From: Leucoraja ocellata
Taxonomy: Eukaryota
Reading direction: 5' to 3'
Length of the DNA: 64,000 nucleotides
Assembly: GCA_036785375.1 (NCBI GenBank)
Contig: JAWMAR010000053.1
Coordinates: forward strand, 6,448,001-6,512,000
The first letter of the stretch is position 1. Every line of letters starts with the position of its first letter. Under the pieces are notes generated by a model. The model searched no databases, had not been told where the DNA came from, and saw only the letters and a list, made by a program, of their open reading frames with translations. Below, in pieces: positions 12,661 to 24,594 of this stretch. The translations under genes were made by a program, and so were the position numbers.

Positions 12661-15600
12661 AGATACACGTACACACGCACGATCTTTAGTTTGAAAGTGT
12701 ATTAACCGTGGTAAAAAAATATTCACTGTTTTACAGTCGTGGAGTGTTGGCAGATCGAGCTCTTTGTACTCTCTTGCCAGTGGGTACTTAAGAGTCTGGA
12801 GTTGAAATATTTCATGACTAGATGTAAGGAGTACACACAATCGGGTACTGGGCCACCGCCCATTGTTCTCTGAAACTGACCAACTCTCCGTATTTGGGGA
12901 ATGTTACAGCATTATTGTTTTTTCGGAAGTCCGGTCGAGGGCCTGGATTGGAAGTGTTCTAAACCTAAATATGACGTTAAATAGATCCAGCAATTTAGAA
13001 CTTGAGATGGATTAAGTGTAAGCAGAAGAGCATGTAACATTCTAACGTATATTTTTCATTAATTGTCATAACATGGGGTCTGGTTTCATTTAGAGTTGGG
13101 GAATTTTGATTGTGTTTTGTCTTACAATTCTGAGCTAAGATCCTAATTGCTATAATCCAATTGACCGTCTAGCCCTCGTAAATCTAATTTTGCAGCAGCC
13201 GTCTTTGACAGTGGATGGAAGAAATTATATTTGCCCCATATTAATCAGTTGCTCTTCAACAATAATGCAATGTATGGTTTCCAGTTCTGAGCTCAACTGA
13301 AGTCAAAATAAACCCAGATTACCACTCCTTACGCCCCCGAAACTTCTGACGCAGAAAGCTTGTAATTAACTTTCCACTGGACACGACAATAAACCCCGTC
13401 CCTACTGTGGAATAAATGAAACAGTCCGCGCACCATATGCTAATGTTTTTGATGTTTCCTTTCTGCAGAGTTCTGGGCCTTGTAATAATTTCGAGAGAAG
13501 ATCACGATCTGGAAATTATTTTATCGGTTCTGTGAAGAAGAGCAATATTCGGGGATCGCAGTAAATTGATTCCCGTTATACACCGCATTAAATATGTGGG
13601 ATTTGTCGTAGTTGTTTATGTTGGCATATATACCTTAAAACTGAAAATGAGCGCTACAAATTAAAAAGCACTCAACATTTGTTGAGAATCGAATTATGTT
13701 TGTCACAGACTTTAATTGAAAATGGTTCCATTAAAAAAAGAAATGTTGTTATTGTTGAATGGAAATCGTATTGGGGGTTTACATATGGGCGTTGTTGATC
13801 CATTATGGAGCAAAAATCCTTCAGAAATATTCTGAGCAATATTCTTTAGATATAACCTTCCATATAAAACTCTGGGTATTCAATAAAAAATATCCAAACC
13901 TCAACAGAACGATGTCCACATTCACCCTTAGCCGTTTTAGGAAGTTTTGCTTGGATAATCTGAAAATAAATTAAATAGTCCCACTTTGAAGTCGTGGAGT
14001 AAATCGTGATTGGGAAAGAGGCACTTACTAATTATTTTCATAATGACAATTTATCTTTGTTTTGCTCCGAGATTTAGTTGTGCCGGATTATGACCCATCC
14101 GGCGGAAAGCGTGGTGCAAACATGAAAATCATCAAGAAGTCTTTCACTGAAATCTAAAAACGAATGGCGTATACTTGATGCAAACACGATTTAGTTTAAC
14201 GAGAAAAATTCAACAAATATTTAACATCTTCACTTTTATAAAATTGAAATAAAAGATCTGAATGAATAACCGCTCCATAAGAATACCAGTCTCAACCACA
14301 GATTGTAGCCAACACAGACGTACTGAAACCTACATGGAAACTGACTGAAGAACAATAATGAAAGCAAATCAATGCTTGAAAACTGTTGAAAATGCATACT
14401 ACTTTCTCCAAGGACCAAAAGATTGTGCACTCCGCTGTCGCCAATCAGATATAAAATTTAAATGCTTCTTCTAAGTATTTTGTAATGAAAGTACACTCAC
14501 AATATCATTAAAGGTTTATTTGGTTCCAATACGTTGTGTGTGCTTTTTTTTGTTTGTCGTGAGTGCTTCATTTCCACAACGTACCTGTCACTCTGTCCAA
14601 ATGGACGCAGGTAGAAATAAGATTTTTAATTATTTATAATTTGCAAATATACCCCAATTGCCACTGGTGAACTAACATCGATGTTATTATATGCTGCATG
14701 GGTCAGGATGATATATTATAGTTATATTTCATTTCTAATATGGGGTCTAAAAGATAAATTAGTTTATAGTCGAATTATATTGATTTTCAACGGCATGGGA
14801 ACAGAAACTTCTTCCTTCAGCTCCGATGCAAAGTGGTGAAATGTTCGAATATTTTACCAGCAGAATTGCAGCTAAGATAAAGAAACAGTTATGGGAATAT
14901 TCACATTACTTTTCCGCTACCGATATCTCAAGTTTCAAGCTTGCACATATTTCCCCATCAGGCTGTTGCAATAAAAAAATAATATTGAGAAATTAGAATA
15001 GAAAAAGATTGCGGTGCTTTTATTTCGTGTTTTGTATTGTGACGTTACCAACATGAATTTGGAACAGTTTACGTCAAATCAGAAACATTGCTCAGAATAT
15101 CCTTATTCTGAGGTCTCAGAACAAGGTTTCAGAATATAGACATTGGAGTTCTTATACACAATCCAAATGAATGAACAAATGCAACTCGGCATAACATCTT
15201 CAGAAAGCAATTGATCAGATGCACAAACCGAAAGTGTTTGCACAATGACAAAATACTAGACAGCTCTATGATCGTCTAACCAACATCAAGGTATTGAAAA
15301 GACCTCTTCATGTTGACCGCGGGAAGATTGTGCTAAGAGTATTGCTCATTTGTGCAGACTGCAGTCACGTGATAAAATATCATTAAAATGTTACGCTGAG
15401 CTTTTCTCCCAAAATCCCAAAGCACTCGATGTTTTCAAAGCCAGAGTTTGCCTCACGGACTTATTAGCATCGTTAACACAAATCCATCACTCACTGCTGC
15501 AACTTTTCATTTGACGAGAGAAAGAGTTCAACCTTCATACCCTCCGCCACAACACGGTAAAAAAGAGCATAGAAAGCCGCAGACCCAAGCCGCCAATCAC

Positions 15601-18600
15601 TGAGGCGGTTCACTAGCGACCCGCCCGAAAACCAACAAGCACTAGAGAGGCACCGGCAATAAAAGTAGCAAATATATATATTTGTATATAAATGTTGTAT
15701 ATATATATAGTCTTAATTGAACTAGGCAAACCGACTAATCTTCACATGAGATGCTGGACACAAATGTCAGTTGTGTTGCAGTAACACTATTATCGCAAAT
15801 ATTGGACCGAATAGCAACTCTGTTTCATTGCGGGAAATAAATATTTAATGAATCTGCCGCACAGCCACCGTTTATACTCAACCGGTCACCTGGACCTGGT
15901 TAGAATGCGCCGTTTGAAAACCAGTCGTGCTGCTTGTTAATGTATCGAGCATTTCCCGACCTGGCAGAACAGCTGCCTAGAACTGAACCAGCGAAGGCAA
16001 CGCCGTTGCCACGCATTACAATACTGCTGTCTGCAACAGCCGAGCAGGCGAGAGCAAAAACACTTACCGGTTTCATGGCGTTTCCCCCGATCGGGAACCA
16101 GGTGGATTTTGTATTCCATTTGTACAGTTTCGATTATCAAAATAACTTAAAAATAGGTAAAGCGAGTTGGAGGGTAAGTTAGAGGTTGTTAGCAGACGTC
16201 AGAGGTCTGAGAGAAAGATCAGATTGCTAAAATCCCAGCATGAGTCGAATCACTTCCTCATAGTTATACAGAAAAGGGTTGAACACCGCGAATAGAGCGG
16301 AAAGTCTCCCCCTTTTTCCCCAAGCAGCTGGCGCCAAATACCAACGACAAAAGCAGGCAAGGGGAGATACTGACAGAAAAGACGGTTTGAGACGAGTTAG
16401 CAGCGGAATGCAGTGAAATATTCACAAGGGAAATCATGAAAAGGCCATGAACGCAGTTACTTGCTTCACATGACCAAAACTAGCCAATGGCAGCGCCGGC
16501 TCCCTCGTAAAAGGTCCATTACAAAGTTGTAAATTTTCTTCAAACAAAAAGGAATTCGCAGCAATTCCTTGCGGATTTCGCAAGTACAGCTCGCAAGCGC
16601 CATGTTTCCTTTAACGAGTTCTTTGCAAGAGCTATTTGTTATATAACATGCATTGTAACCCACACTCTAACCAACTATACAAGGGGAAGTGCACTAACAG
16701 CGTAAACATAAAGGGAAATAACTCTCTCGACAGTGGGCACTTCACACCACTGCAATCAGACCCCTGCAATTTGGTAATATACGGTATTTTACTTCGTGTT
16801 CTCAATACATCTAGTATAAAGATGTGTTTTCCCCAAAGCAACTGCTGCAAATTATGAAGCACGTATGATGCACATTTCCCAATGTTGGCAATTATGAGTC
16901 AGACAGCTTCCGGATTAGCTTTGACATGATTTCCTGAAACCTTTTTAATTTGGTCGGGTTAAGAATAGGAAACAAGGGAAACTGAAGCACGTTGGTCACT
17001 CAGTTAGAAACTGCACCATGGCGGCTGCATTCATTCAAACAAAAACAGTAATGCAGAAAGCGTGACAACTCGCAATAAATGTTCTGTGGTGTATTCTACA
17101 CAGGTGAGAAAGAGGATGTTGGTTCTCAGTCTGTGGAGCTATCTGCTAACATATCGAGCCTCCATTTCTAACTACTATGGATTATTTCATTTATGTACCC
17201 GCCGATTCCAATGAAGAAGAGAAGATAAAATGAAATACACCCCCATCACAGTCACACAATCCACAAGAAATTAAGTTGAATGGACACAACAAATCTTTAT
17301 TTTTTGTATATATATTTAACGCTCATGAAATTGCAGAAATTCTTGAATCAGTTTGATGTGTAATTGTTCTTCTCGTTGCCAGCGAGGGAGGAAATTCATC
17401 AGGAGAGAAGAAGATGCCTGGCAGTTATTTGACATCGCCCTTTCCCCTTGCCTCATGCTTCCCGTGGATTGAGATATGTAGAAGGTAGATCATCTGATAG
17501 GATCTGGACTGAAGCCGTGAAGAAATTTTACTGAGAAAATGCAAAACCGTCCCTTGAGATTAAATGGCTAAGCACCGATTTCTCAAACATAACTCATAAT
17601 GTCCATACGCGCCGTGTTTCCTGTAGCTGGCGACGGGAAATTAAAATGAGGCGCAATGTTATAAAATATTCAAACTTTGAAATTCTATTAACTTTGATTT
17701 CGGAAATTATTTTATTTTCTGGATTTGGATGGGGAGGCTGGAGTATTGGCAGGGCGTAGAGGAGAGTTTTCAGTAAAAGACTGAGTTTATTAAAGAAACG
17801 AACGGATTGCAGAACCTAAATAATCCAGTTGCACTGATTCATGAAAAGCGGTTCTAATGCGTGATTCTAAAGGTTGGAGTTTTTTGGATATATTTGTGTT
17901 ATAAAAAATATGAAATTATGAAATATAACTCCTTTCATAAGCCTCTATAGGTCAATTCTTCTAAAAAAAACTACTTGATATTTGGACCATTCAACCCGCC
18001 AGTGAAACCCTACTAATAAGCTCAGATCTCGTACCATTGTCCACACGAACGCCACGGAGACCAATAATTGATCCACCAATACATAAAAAACAACAAACGC
18101 GACATAGCCCTCTGTTTGATTATTTGGTTTATAAAATAATTATAAAGATGGTTCATTGTTTTAGATAGGGGTTTTTTCTGTAAGAAGGATCAGATCACAA
18201 TTGCGCTTGGGGGAAAGCACCACTGTCCACCCTATTGGCGCGGTGTGATTAGATTGTGAGAATCAGTTTTGAAAAATACTGGCTAAAAAATCGTCCAAAG
18301 AATACTCCTCCGGATTGAGCAGACAATTGCGAAAATGAAATGTTCATATTACTTCACGTAAAATTGATGTAGCTTCTGAAAGAGTTTATCTGCTTGGTTG
18401 ACTATGACCTCTCTGAGAATGTATAAATTCGATCAAATATGTTTGCTTTAACATAAAACGTGAAGCCAGGTTTTTTTTTAATGGCAGATATTGTGTTGTA
18501 GTCTGCAATTTTGTCCCTTCTCGTTTTGAAATAGTTAATTGGTGTTTAATTTGGCAACTGTATCTGGCAGAAGCTGGGCATTGCAGAAGCATGGTCTCAT

Positions 18601-19833
18601 TGTGCAACCTATGACTAAATTCGGTTCCATCTCTGGAAACTGTTTCTGAAATTATCTTAACAACATTGCCTTATCAGAGTGGAGTCTGGACACCGCTACT
18701 AATAATTTTATACTGCCAGCAATTGTGTTTTTAGTTGTTTGCATAACATTGGTGGATGTATGTTTTTCCTCCCCCTCCCCAGAATCGTTTCCTGTTTGCT
18801 CTCATCGTTTTGTTTTGTTCAACCTTACCATGACATTGTAATTTGTGCATAGAAGTGGACATCAAAAATCGTCTATTCCCTTGTTGGGCGTTTATATGGG
18901 GCTTGCGCGCCGGTCCTGCTGAAGTTTAAATGTGGCTTAATCGCCGGTTGTGTAAAATTTAACGGCAAAATGGGAGGCTATTCGACAACTGTAGGCACTG
19001 CTTTAGCCTCCAACCTGTAAAGCGGAAAAGAATAAATTGGAACCTAGAAGTCTTCAGTTTGCCGAGTGATTTGTAGTATTAGAATTTTATTGTCGGTTTT
19101 ACGAGATTTGCTGATATACGTGTACAGTAGACCGCAGCTTTACACAAAACACTAACTTTTACAGCGTCGTTTTAGCCACACATGAGTCAGGCATGTGATC
19201 TGACTGGCCAATGACCACCCGAAGACTATTTAACTTAGGGCATAGATAAACTAATATTCTAATCATCAACTCTGTCATTAACTTTTATAACTGCATGTAA
19301 AAATACACCATCTCCAGTCTTTTTCATCCAACGATCAGATCTGCCGTGTTGTATGGCAGATGGGCACCCCGTGACTGCAGAGGTAAACACAAATAAAGTA
19401 TATTCGATTTAATCTTGCAGAAACGACTGAAAACAGCCACAAAACGCTGGCTAAATAATAATTGCAGCGACCTCATTCTCAATCAACCCATAATGATTCT
19501 CTATCAGAACACACGTTACTTTTATTTTTCTTTGGGACACTGGTCGTAAAATGAAACAAGTACGCAGTTAAATTTAATCAACATTTATTAATTTAATCAC
19601 ATTCGACCATCATAAAAAGTGACTATTGCTGCGGAATACCTTGTATTTTTTATTTTTTTTGCTTATGTTTATTCACTGCATTTCGGAGAATAGGTAATTT
19701 TTGAGAATTTCCAGCCGCAATACACCACCAATTAGTTTACACGCACAGTAATTAAGACACATCGCAAGTGCACAGTTTTTTTTCTATCATTAATTAAGTG
19801 TGTTCGCAATACATTCCAAATAATCCATTCTAT

Positions 19834-19854
19834 TAGGCAGTTCATGTTGTTGGG
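19834..19854 (-). other. miR-196 target site in the HoxD8 3'UTR
   Basis: mRNA sense CCCAACAACATGAACTGCCTA pairs with miR-196a UAGGUAGUUUCAUGUUGUUGGG with one G:U and one 1-nt bulge. Confidence 0.9.
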
Positions 19855-20252
19855 TGTAATCACAAATGCTAAATAAAATCAACAAACTAAATTAATCACG
19901 ATTTCATTTTATATTTCCTCCTATTAAAAAGCAATAAAATCTTTATTCAGAATGGCTATTTCTTCTGGGATATTGCAACCTTCCACTTTTAAAGGGAGTT
20001 GCAGAATTCTATCCGGCGGTTGATACTATATATATATATCTGTCAGGGTGTATTCGAAAAGGTTACAATGATGCACACAGACCTCATTGGAAATAATGTT
20101 GAATTAAGGCTCGAAAGAACTTGAAAAATCTGGTGGACTGTTCACACCAAACTAACCATCAATGTGCGGGAGGATTCAATCTGATCAACACGTATAACAG
20201 TGGAATTGGCACAAACTGAATGACGTTCTTCTCGGAGGCCAAAGGGGTAAAG

Positions 20253-20548
20253 TTACTTGGTCTCTTTCTCTGATGTGTCCTGCTCGGGCTCTTCCTGTTC
20301 TTTCTTGACCTCTTCCCCCTCCTCGTCGTTCCGAGACGTTGGGAATTTGTCCTTGTTGTTTTCCTTTTTCCATTTCATTCTCCTGTTTTGAAACCAGATC
20401 TTCACCTGTCTCTCGGTCAGTCCCAGAGCATGAGAAACCTCGATCCTTCGCTTTCGAGTCAGATACGGATTGAACAGGAATTCTTTTTCCAGCTCCAGAG
20501 TTTGGAATCGGCTGTAAGTTTGTCTCCCTCGGCGTCTACCGGGCGCTG
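20253..20548 (-). CDS. HOXD8: HoxD8 exon 2 (homeodomain)
   Basis: [70 protein letters not shown]. Acceptor TAG|CAG; stop TAA at 20253-20255. Confidence 0.96.
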
Positions 20549-20776
20549 CTAAACGGCACGAGAAACACAAAAAGACAAGAAAAAATTGAGTCAAATTTGC
20601 ACGGTCAAATAACGACAAGACTAGCCAAAAAAAGGCAGCGATTTTCGCTTTGCACGCTAATGCTACATAAAGAAAATGTTCCTATTAAAGCTGACTAGTA
20701 CAGATAGCATTAAACACCTTGGCGGCAGAACTGAGCAGTAAAACGTGAGATGGAAGCTAATTTTAATATATCCAAC

Positions 20777-21203
20777 CTTGAGGTCTCATCCAGGGAAACA
20801 TTTGAGTAGGAGACGAGCCCTGATTTAAGTGCTCTGGTTCTTCGCCAATATTACTGCTGGACGATTTACAGTCAGGATATTGTACCAGATCGGCCTCTTG
20901 CTGTGTCGTAAAAATTTGCTGTCTTTGTAAGTTATCGTATCCGTAAAATTTAGAGGGGTCACCATGACACGTAATTCCACAAGGATTCTGTTGAAAGCCA
21001 GTATTAGGAAGCGCTGATGTCCCATGATGGTAAAATTCTTGAACTTGAGCAGGGTGCTGGAAGCTCGCTCCGCTGCTGGGACCATACACCACAGCGTGTC
21101 TGCTGCTCACGTCCTGTGGAAAGCGGCAGTCGTAGTAAGTGGGACTTAGGGCTTCTCCTGGCTTGTACTTGGAGTAGAATGGATTTACAAAATATGAACT
21201 CAT
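20777..21203 (-). CDS. HOXD8: HoxD8 exon 1
   Basis: [14 protein letters not shown] start, [10 protein letters not shown] and QMFPWMRPQ. Donor G|GTTGGA at 20776. Confidence 0.95.
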
Positions 21204-24200
21204 CTGTGCAGATTCAAGAGTGGCCAATGAATATAAACAAAATAAATGCTTAAGCAGTTCTGGAGTGATATTATTGACTTGCTCGATCTACACACTGTTC
21301 ATGATGGCAATGCAGGTCCAGTGTGCACTGATGCCCCGTGCAACATACTCGCTAATACTGAAGGTGCACCACTGCCTCAGTGCTGTGACTGCTTCACTTT
21401 GAAACCGCAGATCAGTTGTAAGCCGGCTGAAGAGATCTTTAGACTGCCGTTTACAGTTACTGCCTTCGCGGACAACACGTCTGTGCTGAGAAATGATATT
21501 TTTTTAGGAAAGTAGCGGGCACACTGATCGGGGGGGAGAAAAAAAAGATAACATGCGGATTAATATATTCAGCACCCTCTCATTACAATTAGGCGGGCCG
21601 CATCACAGAAAACATGAAATACGTGCGCCACTCAGCTGAAGAGAAATGAAACTGGCCCGGTTACAGCACAGCAATTAGATTTCAGAACACAACAAGGTGA
21701 GACCGGTCTCAAGGTCAAGACACAGTCAAAAAGGGGGAATGGGGGATGGGGGAGGCTCGAGGGCTAAAAGGTTAAAGTTAGAATTAACATTAGGGATTAT
21801 TTGGTTTTGGATCTTTCTGTAAAGCTGGTAAAATCTGCTTGCGCCTGTCACTGTCTGTCTGTCTCTGTAGCTTCACACACACACATGTACACACACATAT
21901 TATATATCTGTATCAATAGCCATCAATATATATAAGTATATAAACGTGTGTCTTATATTTATATAGGTACTTTGGCGCACGGATACCTGCCGTTTACCTA
22001 CAAACTGAAGTGAGTTGGCAATATTATTCCTATTATTAGGTCTAAATAGGAAGCAGATGCACAAAAATCCAACGCCTGTTTAAAATAAACTGTTTTACCT
22101 AATAGCATTAATATATTTTGTGAAACAATAGTCTACTAAGAACGGGGGAAAGAGTTATCCTTGACTCAGATTTAAAAAAAAATATGCTCGCTTGACTGAA
22201 ACTTGGAGGTTAATTACTAGCTAATGAAAATCATGCTTCTGAATACAATTTCCATCATTTCACCCATGGCAGACGTCATTGGCGAGAAAAGCAGCTCGCG
22301 TCTGCAGGGCAGCACGAAGTTTGCAGACTGTGGTTGAAATTGCATCAAGAGCTGCAAAACCCGGGAGAAATACCAAGGCTAGGTTAGAGGCGTCCATTCC
22401 CAGGTTCACGAGTTGCCCAGAATTAAACCCCAATCTCAACTTCTCCCCCCCTCCCCCCCCCCCCCCCCCTGTCCTCTCCCCCAATTCAAGCGACTGCGCT
22501 TAAAGTTTAATGGAAAAGAGTGCTTGATCTGGTGAAACTTGAATTCACCAGTGAACTTTGTTCCTCACGCTCCGATGCTTGTCTCAATCCACAAACTGCT
22601 GCGGGGAAATAAAAACAGCAATGTTTTCAGTAACTGCTAACCAGAAGAATTCAAGTTCTTCCTGGATGCATGCACTGTATGTTCGTTCAAAGTGGGCACA
22701 ACCAAGAATTTAAAGTCCAATATGTAATGGACCACAGCAACTATATTCTGATTTGTTTTCATTTATTTGCATAAAATAAAAACACAGCTGACAATTCACA
22801 GTTTAAAACACGATGTATCCCCTAATCCTAATGTAACACTCCCACGTTTAAAGATTGAAATGGGTATAAACGGGATCATTTGCCCAATTTTAAATGTTTT
22901 CTAGACGGCGGACATCGGTCAGGGCCACAGTCCAAGTATCCAAGAAAACACTTCCCAAAATATGGAATATTTACATTAATTTGCAATACAAAATATTCAG
23001 CATATTAATTTTGTTCCGCACATATATATGTGCGTGCAACTGATTTTCGCCAAGATATTTGGATGACCGCAAGTTTGGTTCGTTTAAGCACATTTATTTG
23101 GAAAGGTAAATTCAATTTAAGATTATTTTTACAACGCTCTTTTTTTTTTACAAACCATTCATTTACAAACTTTAACATTTAAAAAACTAGGCCTGACAGA
23201 CTGGAAAGCCTACGTGTACAATAAGTTTCATTTCAACTGTGTTACCTGTTTTTCTTTTTGCCTTCTGAAAACAAATGCAACCCCATTTTTATCAAAAGAC
23301 GATAAGTCAAAGATCAGAAAAATAGAAATGAATACATATCTGATTTACTGAATAATTCTCTCAAAGATCAGCTGAAAACAAATGGAAAATAGATATAATT
23401 CTTTGCAATTATGCGATGTTGCTGGATACATTTTTAAGATAAAGCACCCAGTATATATTTAAAATGTAATTAGCCGCAAACGTCTCATTGAAAATCTTAT
23501 AAAAAGGACTTACTTTTAATTGAAAAGTCACTTCCAAACGGAGATTGTAATTTAAGATTCACCTGAAGATTTTATTCCCTGTTTTTGCGGCCTCTGCATT
23601 AATTTAATGGAAATTGGTTTATTCCGGGAATCGTTCTAGCTGCAAAACCGTGCCACGAACAACCAGTGAGTGTGATGCGTTTTATTCTATTTTACTTTCA
23701 AAATCTCTATCTGCTTCCGAATGTTTGAAACTGTTTCAGAAAAATCAGGAAAAGACTGCATTTTCTGAAATACGTATTTTATTGAGAGGATTGTAAAATT
23801 TCCCCTCAAGCAAATAGAAAGCAAATATCGTGCTTGGCTCAATTTGTTTTATTCTTTAACGGTCGAAATAAACATTTAAAACTGCAAAAAGAACTACACC
23901 TATTGTTATTTATAATTGTTAGCAAGGTCGCTCGAACGATGTGCTTTTTATTGTACCAATGCAGCACTGGTTTAAACGTTACAATTTTCTTTATTGCTAA
24001 AGTCTTTTATTAACATTGCGAAAGGACAAAAAGCCTGATTTATCCTTTTTCTCGAATCCCACTCCGGTTTATCTATCGAGCCGACCTTGTTTATAGTATA
24101 AGCCTTGACCCATTGCTGAGAGATCACATTTTAGAATTTCGGCAAATGAACATTATTCGAACAAAGGCAAGAGCAGGCACAAATATGGTGTTTTTTGTTA

Positions 24201-24577
24201 GAAAAATGAAATCACGGCGGCTTACAACAGGTGTGCCTAGTTCTGAAAAATCTGGCCATTTTGTTCTTACAAATATTTTTATATAGCAAGCTTCTTCTGT
24301 GTAATTAATTAATAATACGTTTCCATGAAATTAGTTGGACCTTTCAATGTTAAGCGAACGTATGTTTACACGCGTTTAAGTCGCAACTATTTTATAGAGT
24401 TTACATTGTGTGCGATTTTTTTATTTTGAAAATCCTTTCAAAAGTCAGGGTTCGGCTTTTGCTGTATTCTAAATTAAAGAAAATTCTATACAAGAATGAT
24501 CTAGTTGCCTTTTAACCTCCTTTTATATATGTTTCCCGTTGTCACCCCTAGTCTAGAATTTGGTATAATGGAGCGAC

Positions 24578-24594
24578 GGCGCCCCCCGGTGGAC
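24578..24594 (-). promoter_or_regulatory. CTCF motif between HoxD8 and HoxD9 (pointing toward anterior genes)
   Basis: GTCCACCGGGGGGCGCC on the minus strand, one mismatch to CCACCAGGGGGCGC. An upstream-module-like GTAGTTCA lies nearby. Confidence 0.7.

Noticed and set aside
12415-12840. 141-aa ORF
   Set aside because: Kept open by the CT/CA microsatellite (CVCV/ERER repeats).
15905-15923. Minus-strand TGGTTTTCAAACGGCGCAT resembles the WFQNRRM coding sequence (possible HoxD6/D7 homeobox relic)
   Set aside because: The flanks do not align to a homeobox at consistent spacing, and at about 145 nt from the 16068 donor there is no room for an intron. It would need HMM support.
15937-16140. 67-aa ORF spanning the orphan exon
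   Set aside because: No MSSY or YPWM motif and no recognisable homology; treated as non-coding.
18105-18240. Partial CTCF-like motifs at about 18105, 18225, 25181, 36093 and 58285
   Set aside because: Several core mismatches; not distinguishable from background by eye.
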